NCBI GenBank assembly: GCA_019419895.1
Contig: JAHZIE010000002.1
Span: 27,787-91,786 of the forward strand
Origin: Clostridiales bacterium
Lineage (GTDB): Bacteria; Bacillota; Clostridia; Oscillospirales; Acutalibacteraceae
Reading direction: 5' to 3'
DNA length: 64,000 bases
Below the pieces are notes generated by a model that saw only the letters and a list, made by a program, of their open reading frames with translations, searched no databases and was not told where the DNA came from. Positions 1-9,030 of the stretch are shown here, in pieces; position 1 is the stretch's first letter, and every line of letters starts with the position of its first letter. Made by a program: the position numbers and the translations under genes.

Positions 1-973
1 TTACGCGGTGGATCCCGATTTTTGGACCATCAATGAAAAGAAATTCCCCCAGGGGCTGAAGCCTGTTGTGGAATACGCGAAAAGCAAGGGGGTGGAGATC
101 GGGCTGTGGTTTTCTCCCGATTCTTCCAACAGCTTTGCAAATTACCAAAAAGACGCGGAGGTCCTCCTCTTTTATTACCATACTTACGGCATCCGGTATT
201 TTAAGCTGGATGGGGTAAAGATAAGGGATAAAATCGGGGAACGCAATTATCTGAAATTTTTGGAAGAGGTCTCCCGCCGGAGTGATAATCAGATCGGCTT
301 CAATCAGGATATTACGGCGGAAGATCGGCTGGGGCATATCTATTTTAAACAATTCGGGACCCTCTTTGTGGAAAACAGGTACAGCGACAGGGGAAGCTAT
401 TATCCCCACAATGTCCTCAAAAATTTGTGGCAGCTATCCCGCTACTTCCCCGCCTGTAAATTCCAGTTTGAGCTTCTTAACAATCAGAGAAGCAAGGAGG
501 TCTATGGGGAGGATCCTTTCGCCCCGGCCAACTATACCATGGACTACCTTTTTGCCACAACGATGATGGCCAATCCCCTCGTCTGGATGGAAATGACCTT
601 CCTGCCCCAGAGGGAAAGGGAACAGCTGGCGGGGATTATCAAGGTCTACCGCGAGCACAGGCGGAGACTTTTCCACGCGGATGTATCGCCGGTTGGACAA
701 ATGCCAGACGGGCAGAGCTTTACCGGCTTCCATGCCCGCTGTGAGGATGGAAGCGGTTATCTCCTCCTGTTCCGGGAAGCGTCCAGAGAAAAAGAACATG
801 TCTTCCATCTCCCTGAATTGTCGGAAAAAGAGATCACCTGGGAAATTCTCGCGACCAACGGCGATGCCAATTGCTTTGTAATGACCAGGGAAAACGGCAG
901 GGATGAATTTTTGATCACCATGGGGGAACAGAGAACCTATGTTTTCCTGAAATACGGAATTAAAGGAGAATAG
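1..973 (+). CDS. Glycoside hydrolase, melibiase-type (GH36/GH27 clan) alpha-galactosidase-like, C-terminal part; the 5-prime end lies outside the window
   Basis: The ORF is open to the window edge. Segments FPQGLKPVVEYAKSKGVEIGLWFSP and RYFKLDGVK resemble the catalytic barrel of clan GH-D enzymes. The family call is from motif memory only. Confidence 0.5.
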   Translation, partial: YAVDPDFWTINEKKFPQGLKPVVEYAKSKGVEIGLWFSPDSSNSFANYQKDAEVLLFYYHTYGIRYFKLDGVKIRDKIGERNYLKFLEEVSRRSDNQIGFNQDITAEDRLGHIYFKQFGTLFVENRYSDRGSYYPHNVLKNLWQLSRYFPACKFQFELLNNQRSKEVYGEDPFAPANYTMDYLFATTMMANPLVWMEMTFLPQREREQLAGIIKVYREHRRRLFHADVSPVGQMPDGQSFTGFHARCEDGSGYLLLFREASREKEHVFHLPELSEKEITWEILATNGDANCFVMTRENGRDEFLITMGEQRTYVFLKYGIKGE

Positions 974-1065
974 CCCATTCGTAAGGAGATCTTTTCGCGT
1001 GCCGGCAAGAGGGGAAATCTGAATGTTGGGCAGAAGGGATTTCTTTGTCCTCCTGTGTCCTTGAC

Positions 1066-1121
1066 AAAAAACAGCCCGCTGCGGCGCTTTTCCAAGAGAA
1101 AGCGTTCCAGCGGGCTGTTTT
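1066..1121. terminator. Long hairpin between convergent genes, candidate bidirectional terminator
   Basis: ACAGCCCGCTG (1071-1081) pairs with CAGCGGGCTGT (1108-1118). There is an A-run upstream and TTTT downstream. Confidence 0.55.
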
Positions 1122-1132
1122 AGACCGGAGGG

Positions 1133-1166
1133 CTTTCCCTAGACCAGAGAGCTGGTCTAGGGAAAG
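1133..1166. repeat. Perfect 15-bp inverted repeat with a 4-nt loop
   Basis: CTTTCCCTAGACCAG-AGAG-CTGGTCTAGGGAAAG read directly from the sequence. No U-tract follows it. Confidence 0.8.
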
Positions 1167-1646
1167 GGCATTCCTATTCTAAGAAGGAAAATCTCAGACA
1201 AGCCGAGGGACAATAAGCTTAGGGGAAAAGTATGGAGGAAAGGGAAGAAATCGGCAGGTGGAGAAATCATGGAAGGATTATTATGACGGAAAGACAGACG
1301 CTTGGCTATGCGATGAGGAAAAGATGTGATTTGGAGAATTACCGCGCGCGTCAGCTGATGCCAGTCCACGGCTTGCCGAAGATATGGCTCGCTTTTAATG
1401 TGCCGGATAGGATTCTTTCCTATTGGTTCCCTTTTCTGAAGGAGCGTTTTTGCCGGGAACCTTTTTAGAAGAAGATGGCAGATAGAAAAACGGCGGCATG
1501 AAAAGGCGATGGGCAAAACAAAGAACACAAAGAAGGCGCCTGCTTGACACAGACGCCCTGGAAAAATATGGCTTAAGAGAGAATAAACGCGGGACAAAAG
1601 GCGGCCGCTCCGGCGGAGGGAGGAGGGGAAAACAAGGAAATCCGGA

Positions 1647-2270
1647 TCAGGTGTTTTTCAGGATAACGCTTTCCACGATATCGGTAACGTGCTCACAGGC
1701 GTCGCAGCATTTTTCCAGACGCTCAAACATTTCGGACCAGGCCAGAATTTCAACAGGATCCTTGGAATTAACATACAAATTCCTCATAGCTTCCTTGTAA
1801 ATCCGGTCGCCGTCCTCTTCCAGGTGGTTGACATCGACAATGAGCTGGTGAATGGTGGTCGATTTTTGGAAATTGTGAAATTCCTCCATGGTTTTTTTCA
1901 AACAGTCGCAGCACTGGATGATGACGTCAGCGAAATCCAGCGCTTCTGAACGGATGGACTGGATATTAAACATATAAATCCGCATCAGGACGTCCTCAAT
2001 GGAATCTGTAACGTCATCAATGGTCTGGGCGAGGCTCATGATATCCTCCCTCTCAATGGGGGTGATAAATTCGTCGGCCAGTTTTACCATCATCTCATGC
2101 TTTTTATCATCCGCCGAATGTTCGATTTTATGGATGTAATCCATGATTTCGGGGAGCTTGTCCACTTCAAAATTAATCAGGGTTTTGCTCAGATTACGGG
2201 AGGCGGAACAACTGAATTCCACCATTTCGACAAACATCTGAAAATAATTGGTGCGCTGCTTTTTAGCCAT
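1647..2270 (-). CDS. DUF47 / PhoU-like phosphate transport regulator (YkaA family)
   Basis: 207-aa ORF with KIEHSADD and EDGDRIY helices typical of DUF47. It sits 40 bp downstream of a PiT transporter gene. Confidence 0.8.
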   Translation of the reverse strand: MAKKQRTNYFQMFVEMVEFSCSASRNLSKTLINFEVDKLPEIMDYIHKIEHSADDKKHEMMVKLADEFITPIEREDIMSLAQTIDDVTDSIEDVLMRIYMFNIQSIRSEALDFADVIIQCCDCLKKTMEEFHNFQKSTTIHQLIVDVNHLEEDGDRIYKEAMRNLYVNSKDPVEILAWSEMFERLEKCCDACEHVTDIVESVILKNT

Positions 2271-2310
2271 GGAAAACCATCCTTTCTATATTGAAGGCAA
2301 ATACCTGTTT

Positions 2311-3363
2311 TTAGAATACCGCAAGGAACAAATGGGCCATGAGGAAACCGACCAGGCCGCAGCCGGGAAAGGTGAGCACCCAAGCCCAAACCATATCCTT
2401 TACTACGCCCCATTTGACGGCAGACATTCTTTTCGCCGCGCCGACGCCCATAATGGCCGTTGTTTTGGTGTGGGTGGTGCTGACGGGAATCCCCGTTAAG
2501 GAAGAAATGAGGAGGCAGACGGAACCGGCGACATCGGCGGAAAAACCCTGGTATTTTTCCAGCTTTACCATATCCATGCCCACCGCCTTAATAATGCGGT
2601 ATCCACCGATGGAAGTGCCCAGCGCCATGACGAGGGAACACAGGATCATCAGCCAAATGGGAATTTGGAATTCAGTGACATTGGCCTGCCCGTTGGCGAG
2701 GAAAACCCCCAGCATGAACACGCCCATGAACTTTTGCCCGTCTTGGGCGCCGTGCATAAAGGCCATAGCGGCGCCGCCGCAGATTTGCGCGCCGCGGAAA
2801 AATCCGTTTGTTTTTTTTCGGCTGATACCCTGGCAGATCGCGCCGGTCAGCCTAGCGCACAGCCAACCCATGCCGAACCCAAGAACGGTGGAAAGAACAA
2901 GACCGTAAATCACCTTGATCCACTCGTTTCCGTTGATTCCGGAAAAGCCGCCCTGAAGGGCAATGGCGGCGCCTGAAATACCCGCGATTAAGGCGTGGCT
3001 TTCACTGGTGGGAATCCCGAAGACCCACGCGATGGTGGCCCATGCCACAATTGCCACCATCGCGGCGCATAAGGCGATAAGGGCATAATGGGAATCTCCT
3101 CCAAAATCCACCATATTATAAATTGTTTCGGCGACGGTGGCGTTGATAAAGGTCATCGTCAGCACGCCGAGGAAATTGAAAACCGCCGCCATGAGAACAG
3201 CGGAACGCGCGCCCATAGAGCGCGTGGATACACAGGTGGCGATAGCGTTGGGGGCGTCGGTCCATCCGTTTACCATGATGACGCCCAAGGTCAGAAGCAC
3301 GGTAATCAAAAGGGCTGGGTTGGATACCACTTGCCCTAAAAAATCGGGCAGTGAAATGCTCAT
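2311..3363 (-). CDS. pit: Inorganic phosphate transporter, PiT family
   Basis: Polytopic membrane ORF with NGWTDAPNAIAT and a repeated GAQDGQK-type motif. I chose the ATG at 3363 (GAGGAGAGG 4 nt upstream) over the longer 3459 start. Confidence 0.88.
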   Translation of the reverse strand: MSISLPDFLGQVVSNPALLITVLLTLGVIMVNGWTDAPNAIATCVSTRSMGARSAVLMAAVFNFLGVLTMTFINATVAETIYNMVDFGGDSHYALIALCAAMVAIVAWATIAWVFGIPTSESHALIAGISGAAIALQGGFSGINGNEWIKVIYGLVLSTVLGFGMGWLCARLTGAICQGISRKKTNGFFRGAQICGGAAMAFMHGAQDGQKFMGVFMLGVFLANGQANVTEFQIPIWLMILCSLVMALGTSIGGYRIIKAVGMDMVKLEKYQGFSADVAGSVCLLISSLTGIPVSTTHTKTTAIMGVGAAKRMSAVKWGVVKDMVWAWVLTFPGCGLVGFLMAHLFLAVF

Positions 3364-3783
3364 ATTGCCTCTCCTCTCTCTCCTGGCACTAGAATCATCG
3401 TTAAATTTTACTTGTATTTTACCTTGTTCTATCATATCATTTTTTACCTGATCCGACAATATGTTTCTTGATATTTTTCTTTTTAGGGATTCTGTCCGTG
3501 CTTTTATATTTCACGTTTGCTTTTTGGCTCCTGTCGTCTGTTTATCCTGAAGAAAAGGGAGGCCGGCCTTTTCCGCGCCCGGTTTTTATTCTATGCTTGC
3601 TTTCTAAAGAAATCCAAGGCCCGTCCCGCGAAAGATCACGGGCTTTGACAGAAAAGCGGCGGATTGGCCTCTGCTGCGTAAACGGGCAACCATGCATTGG
3701 GAAGCGGCTTTGCGTTTACAAACGAAAAAAAACGTGCTATGCTAAAGCTGGATAAAAATTTAATCCGCAGGGAGGGTGCTTTT

Positions 3784-4917
3784 ATGATTTTTAAGGGCGG
3801 GAAGCTATTTTACCGCGACAGATTCCAGTCTCTGGATATGAGGGTGGAAGGGAATAGGATTGTTGAGATAGGAGAGGCGCTTCACGGCGACCGCGCGAGG
3901 AATATGACTGGGAAAAAGCTTCTTCCCGGCCTGGTGGACGTCCACTCCCATGGCTGCGTGGGATATGATTTTTCCAACGCTTCGGTGGAAGAAATGAGGA
4001 GGATGTGCCTCCATTATGCAGGCAGGGGGGTCACCGCGGTTTTGGCCACTACCATGACCAATCCTGTCGATACCATCCGGACCGCCATGTCCAATGTCCA
4101 TGAGCTTATGGAGGAGCAAAAGGAGCGCCGGCAGGGAGCCAGGGTGCTGGGCGTCAATATGGAAGGGCCATTTTTAGGAGCGGATAAAAAAGGCGCCCAC
4201 GATCCCCAATACCTGATGCCGCCCGATGAAAAGCTGTACGACGAGCTTTTTGAGTTGTCCGGAGGAAATATCCGCCTGACAGATATCGATCCCACTTATC
4301 CCCAGGCCATGGATTTTATCCGCCGTAACAAAGGGAGGACAAAGATTTCACTGGCCCATACCAGCTGTACCTATGAGTTGGCTGAGGAGGCGGTGAAGGA
4401 GGGGGCCACCCAGGTCACCCATCTTTTTAACGCCATGAACGGGCTCCACCATCGGAAGCCGGGACTGATTGGGGCTGTTTGTGATTTTCCCCTATATGCG
4501 GAGATCATCGGAGACGGAATTCATGTGCATCCGGCAGTGCTGCGGATGATGTTCCGTCTGATCCCAGAGCGTATGATTTTTATTTCTGATTCCATGTCCG
4601 CCGCGGGGCTTTCCGATGGGGAATACCAGCTGGGCGGGCTGAAAGTCTATGTTCGGGAAGGCCATGCCAACTTGGCGGATGGGACAATTGCCGGATCGAC
4701 CATCACGGTTTATGACGCGTTGAAAAACGCGGTGAGGTTTGGAATCCCGGAGGAGGCCGCCGTCGCGAGCGCTACCCGCGTCCCGGCCCAGGCAGTCGGC
4801 TGCGGCGAGATTGCCGGCGTGCTGGAAGAAGGCCGGCGTGCGGACTTTTTGATTGCCGGGGAAGATCTCTCCCTGGAGGAAGTTTATTGCGACGGCTGCC
4901 AGGTGGAAAGAAGCTAG
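3784..4917 (+). CDS. nagA: N-acetylglucosamine-6-phosphate deacetylase (amidohydrolase superfamily)
   Basis: LPGLVDVHSHG, NMEGPF and THLFNAM motifs. ATG 3784 has GGGAGGG upstream. Confidence 0.85.
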   Translation: MIFKGGKLFYRDRFQSLDMRVEGNRIVEIGEALHGDRARNMTGKKLLPGLVDVHSHGCVGYDFSNASVEEMRRMCLHYAGRGVTAVLATTMTNPVDTIRTAMSNVHELMEEQKERRQGARVLGVNMEGPFLGADKKGAHDPQYLMPPDEKLYDELFELSGGNIRLTDIDPTYPQAMDFIRRNKGRTKISLAHTSCTYELAEEAVKEGATQVTHLFNAMNGLHHRKPGLIGAVCDFPLYAEIIGDGIHVHPAVLRMMFRLIPERMIFISDSMSAAGLSDGEYQLGGLKVYVREGHANLADGTIAGSTITVYDALKNAVRFGIPEEAAVASATRVPAQAVGCGEIAGVLEEGRRADFLIAGEDLSLEEVYCDGCQVERS

Positions 4918-4934
4918 CTGTCGGGGAGGTAATT

Positions 4935-5597
4935 ATGGGAAGAAAGCGGATTGCCATTCTGCATACGACGCCGGCGACCATAGAACCCCTGGGACGCTTG
5001 TGCGGAGAAAAGATTCCCGGCGCGGAGGTGAAAAATTTTCTGGATGATACCATCCTTCCAGAAATAAGCCTTGCGGGCCGAATTACGGAAGGGGCGCGCT
5101 ACCGGCTGTATGCCATGATGCAGATGGCGCAGACAGCGGGGGCGGACGTTCTCCTCTGCGCCTGTTCTTCCGTTGGGGAAACGGTGGAGGATGGAAGAGG
5201 TTTGGTGAGGCTCCCCGTCCTCCGGATTGACGAGGCGATGGTGGAACAGGCGGTGGAGCGGGGAAGCAGAATTGGTATTGCTGCGGCTCTGGAAACCACC
5301 CTTGGGCCCACGGCCCGCCTGGTGGAGAGAAAGGCCGCGGAGCGGGGAAAAAAGGTTGTATGGGAAGCCCGGCTGGCCCGGGGAGCCCAGGAGCTTTTGT
5401 CCCAGGGAAAACTGGAGGAATATGACCGTATGGTCGTCGAAAGCCTGATGGGGCTCGAGTCATCCTGCGATATTGTTCTATTGGCCCAGGCTTCCATGGC
5501 CCGGGTGCTGCCCCTTCTGCCAAAAGAAAAGAGGAAAAAATTTCTGACCAGCCCGGAAAGCGGGATAGAGCGTCTGGCGCGGGTGTTGTCCATCTGA
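4935..5597 (+). CDS. Asp/Glu/hydantoin racemase family protein
   Basis: About 220 aa with RIAILHTTPATIEPL, LLCACSS and LLAQASMA segments. RBS GGGGAGG lies before ATG 4935, 18 nt after the nagA stop. Confidence 0.6.
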   Translation: MGRKRIAILHTTPATIEPLGRLCGEKIPGAEVKNFLDDTILPEISLAGRITEGARYRLYAMMQMAQTAGADVLLCACSSVGETVEDGRGLVRLPVLRIDEAMVEQAVERGSRIGIAAALETTLGPTARLVERKAAERGKKVVWEARLARGAQELLSQGKLEEYDRMVVESLMGLESSCDIVLLAQASMARVLPLLPKEKRKKFLTSPESGIERLARVLSI

Positions 5598-5670
5598 GGC
5601 CGGATACCTGAGCGGCGGAATGACAGTAGGGAAAATTGAAATAAGAGAACTTTGGAGAGGACGGCATGAG

Positions 5671-7293
5671 ATGAGGGAATATCTTCTTGGCTTTGATATT
5701 GGAGGAACAAAGTGCGCGGTAGTTTTGGCCTCTGTCCGCAATGGTATCAGGATTTTAGATAAAATAAAATTTCCGACTGAGGCCGGCAAGGGCTTTCAGC
5801 AGGTGAAAGAACGGCTTTTCCAGTCTGGAAGGGCGCTTTTGGAAAGAAACCATACCGGCAGGGCGGAGCTGCTGGGAATTGGTATTAGCTGCGGGGGCCC
5901 TCTGGATTCGGAAAGGGGAGTGGTGCTTTCCCCGCCCAATCTTCCGGGATGGGATGAAATCCCCTTGACGGATTTGGCTGAAAAGGAATTTGGAGTTCCC
6001 GCATACCTCCAGAATGACGCCAATGCCTGCGCGCTGGTGGAATGGAAGCTGGGGGCAGGCCGGGGAACCCGTAATATGATTTTTCTCACCATGGGAACGG
6101 GCTTTGGCGGCGGGGTCATCTGTGAGGGCCATCTTGTCACAGGGGCCTGCGACATGGCGGGCGAGGCCGGGGATCTGCTTTTGGAAAAGGGCGGACCGGT
6201 TGGCTTTGGCAAGGCGGGCTCTGTCGAGGGCTTTTGCGGCGGCGGCGGAATCGCGCGGCAGGCCCGGGCGTATACAAAAGAAAAGGTCAGTCAGGGGAAA
6301 ACGCCTCAATGGATCGCCGACGGAGTGGCGGAAGAGGAAATTGACGCCAAGCTGATGGCGGAGTATGCCCAGCGGGGAGACAAAGACGCTTTGGCAATTT
6401 ATGATAGGGTAGGGAAAATGCTGGGCTATACCCTCAGCCTGCTGATGGACGCCTTTAATCCGGAGCGGATTGTCATCGGCAGCATTTTTGCCAGAAGCGG
6501 CCAGTTGCTGCGCCCTTCAATGGAAAGGGTAATTGAGGAACAGGCGATTCCCCAAACAAGGCGGGCGTGCCAGGTCGTACCCGCCCAGACGGGGGAACGG
6601 CTGGGGGATCTCGCCAGCATTGCCGCCGCCTGTTATGGCATGGGATTGGAAATTGAGGAAGAGGGCGAGCCTGTGGAACAGAGAGTCCTTTTCCATCTGG
6701 AAAGGATGACTAAGCGGTATCCCGTCCTGGAAGAAAAAAGGGAGGATATCCTGCAGGCCTACCGGATGCTTTCCGGCTGCTATCAAAGAGGGGGGAAGCT
6801 CCTCCTGTGCGGCAACGGAGGAAGCGCGGCGGACACGGGGCATATTGTCGGGGAACTGATGAAAGGCTTTTACAAAAAGCGTCCCCTCCCTCCTGAGCTG
6901 AAAGACAGACTGGGAGAGATGGGAGACCGACTGCAGGGGGCCCTGCCGGCAGTGTCGCTGGCCCAGGCTGACCCTCTGTTTACCGCCTTTTCCAACGACG
7001 TGGACGCTTCCCTGGTGTTTGCCCAGCAGGTGATTGGTCTTGGCAGAAAGGGAGATGTCCTGCTGGCTATCAGTACATCTGGAAACTCTGATAACATAGT
7101 CAAGGCCGCAAAAGCGGCAAGGGCTGTGGAAATGAGGGTTATCGGACTGACTGGAGAAGGAGGAGGAAGGCTGGCCGAAGAGAGCGATGTTCTGATCAAT
7201 GTGCCGGCCGCCGAAACGGCCGATGTGCAGGAACTGCACCTGCCGGTCTATCATGCCCTGTGCGCCATGCTGGAGGAGAAATTTTTCAAATAG
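5671..7293 (+). CDS. Fusion protein: N-terminal ROK-family sugar kinase, C-terminal GmhA/DiaA-like SIS (phosphosugar isomerase) domain
   Basis: LGFDIGGTKCAV and ROK-type glycine-rich segments occupy the first ~340 aa. LLLCGNGGSAADTGH, AISTSGNS and VQELHLPVYHALC in the last ~190 aa match phosphoheptose-isomerase-type SIS domains. The start could be 5620 or 5671. Confidence 0.8.
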   Translation: MREYLLGFDIGGTKCAVVLASVRNGIRILDKIKFPTEAGKGFQQVKERLFQSGRALLERNHTGRAELLGIGISCGGPLDSERGVVLSPPNLPGWDEIPLTDLAEKEFGVPAYLQNDANACALVEWKLGAGRGTRNMIFLTMGTGFGGGVICEGHLVTGACDMAGEAGDLLLEKGGPVGFGKAGSVEGFCGGGGIARQARAYTKEKVSQGKTPQWIADGVAEEEIDAKLMAEYAQRGDKDALAIYDRVGKMLGYTLSLLMDAFNPERIVIGSIFARSGQLLRPSMERVIEEQAIPQTRRACQVVPAQTGERLGDLASIAAACYGMGLEIEEEGEPVEQRVLFHLERMTKRYPVLEEKREDILQAYRMLSGCYQRGGKLLLCGNGGSAADTGHIVGELMKGFYKKRPLPPELKDRLGEMGDRLQGALPAVSLAQADPLFTAFSNDVDASLVFAQQVIGLGRKGDVLLAISTSGNSDNIVKAAKAARAVEMRVIGLTGEGGGRLAEESDVLINVPAAETADVQELHLPVYHALCAMLEEKFFK

Positions 7294-7338
7294 ATAAATA
7301 AAGGAAATTTCCGCTGTATTCTTATCATTTTTCTAAAA

Positions 7339-7371
7339 TCCCCCAAACCGCATTCTGTGAGGTTTGGGGGA
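7339..7371. terminator. 11-bp stem hairpin downstream of the ROK-SIS gene
   Basis: TCCCCCAAACC (7339-7349) pairs with GGTTTGGGGGA (7361-7371). There is no clean U-tract. Confidence 0.4.
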
Positions 7372-7741
7372 AATGTCTATCTATGGGGTTCAAATTGGCT
7401 GGGAAAATTCTTTTGCGGCGCGGCGGATATTGTGCCCGCGATGGTGAAGCGCGAGGGGGTCTGACTGTCTTTTGTATGCATAAACGAAATAAATCCCTCC
7501 AGCTCTGCTGTGGAAGAAAAAAATTATCATAAAGTAAGGAGCGAAGGAAGATAGTAAGGATAGCCGACCAATAGCAGAAAGGTACTGTTAGAGCAGCCAT
7601 TAGCCGTTTTTGGGTTACAGGGCAAGCTGCGCAAAAGGTTCTTGGCCAATCCAAGCAAAGCCTAGGACTTGACTTTGTGATTTAAAAATCATCCGCGCTG
7701 TGGATTTCCCAAAAGTTCCAGTTCGTTCATAAAGAGAAGCT

Positions 7742-7787
7742 AAAAAATAAAAAAACGCGATTCCGGATAGACACATCTGGAATCGCG
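7742..7787 (-). terminator. Rho-independent terminator of eutH
   Basis: CGCGATTCC / GGAATCGCG stem, followed on the minus strand by TTTTTTTATTTTTT. Confidence 0.75.
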
Positions 7788-7830
7788 GGAATAAAACTGA
7801 ATTTTCAGACAGACTCAGCCGGGCACGAGA

Positions 7831-9018
7831 CTATTTTGCCAGCTTTTCGAGCCGGGGGATGATAAATTTTGACGCGAGCGCAACGGCGAGAATGGCCGCG
7901 CAGAGCTTTCCCAGCATGACGGGAAGGATCAGGGAGGGCTGGTAGTTGGCCGTAAAGGCCAGGTGATCGCCGATCAGAAAGGCGCCGCATACAGAGAAAG
8001 AAATGGTTTTCACCTTATCGGCAGGCTTCATATCCTTCACCATGGCGAAAAGGGCGAGAACATTGGCGGCGCAGGCGAGGATGCCGGTGGTGGCGTCCTT
8101 GGAAAGTCCGACCTTCCTTCCCACAGCGTCCAGAGGCCGGGAAAGATATTTTTTGATGAGATAAACCATTGGGAAAGCACCGCACAGCATCATACCGATG
8201 GCGCCGGAGACCTCCAGAGCTCGGTTGATGTCCTGTGAGTCGGCAATGATGGGATCAAATCCCCAAACGCCAAAAATCTTGGAAAAGACTCCGGTGAAAT
8301 ATTCCACCACACTCAGGACAAATACAATCCGCAGGGCGGAGTCCAAAATCTTTCCAAAGATATTAAAGCCGGTGATCATTTTTCCAGGGATCAGAAGCAG
8401 TCCCACAGCGATCAGGGCGCAGATGATAATCAGGGGAATGAGATTCTGGAAAATCTGTCCGAAGCTCAAAGCCATTTGATAGGTTGCTTCCGCGTTGGTG
8501 GAGACCGCTTCCCGGATCATGGGATTGGAAAGAGCGATGATAACGGAGGATATCAGGACGCCCACAGGGATGGAAACAAAGCCCGACATCACACCCAGGG
8601 CCAGATATTTCCGATCCTCCTTTTGGAGCATCTTTAAAGCTACCGGAATACTGAAAACAATTGTCGCTCCAGCCATATACCCCGTCATCATGGCCTCAAT
8701 CCAGCCTTCCCGCGTCTGCGCCAAGGCATCCGCCAGCTGATAGCCGCCCATGTCCACCGCGATAAAAGTAGTGGCGGCCATCGCGGGATCGGCGCCCACC
8801 AGACTGAATAAAGGGCCGAAAACACTGCTGACGGCTTTGGTCAGATAAGGCGCCGAAGCCATAATTCCGGCCACAGGCAGGAAAATGGAACCGATGGAGC
8901 CGATTCCCTCCAGGAACTGACTGCCTAATTCGCTTTTTTCCCTGAAAATAGACGCGGCGGCTCCTGCCACGGCACAAGCCATAATAATATAAACCACAAG
9001 ATTACCAAATAGTTCCAT
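7831..9018 (-). CDS. eutH: EutH-family permease (ethanolamine utilisation protein EutH-like)
   Basis: 395-aa polytopic ORF. TIVFSIPVAL...DRKYLALGV and the C-terminal GDHLAF segment match my memory of Salmonella EutH. Confidence 0.78.
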   Translation of the reverse strand: MELFGNLVVYIIMACAVAGAAASIFREKSELGSQFLEGIGSIGSIFLPVAGIMASAPYLTKAVSSVFGPLFSLVGADPAMAATTFIAVDMGGYQLADALAQTREGWIEAMMTGYMAGATIVFSIPVALKMLQKEDRKYLALGVMSGFVSIPVGVLISSVIIALSNPMIREAVSTNAEATYQMALSFGQIFQNLIPLIIICALIAVGLLLIPGKMITGFNIFGKILDSALRIVFVLSVVEYFTGVFSKIFGVWGFDPIIADSQDINRALEVSGAIGMMLCGAFPMVYLIKKYLSRPLDAVGRKVGLSKDATTGILACAANVLALFAMVKDMKPADKVKTISFSVCGAFLIGDHLAFTANYQPSLILPVMLGKLCAAILAVALASKFIIPRLEKLAK

Positions 9019-9030
9019 ACGGTCACATCC

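Noticed and set aside
1157-1800. ORFs 1157..1597 (minus), 1232..1468 and 1498..1800 (plus) in the first convergent gap
   Set aside because: Their translations are low-complexity or highly basic, they have no RBS, and one overlaps the DUF47 gene antisense. I treated the region as non-coding.
7325-7654. 109-aa minus-strand ORF and neighbouring short frames, which looked faintly like a transposase or integrase remnant
   Set aside because: I could not match any segment to a family I know. There is no RBS and there are multiple stops in adjacent frames. I left it as unexplained spacer.
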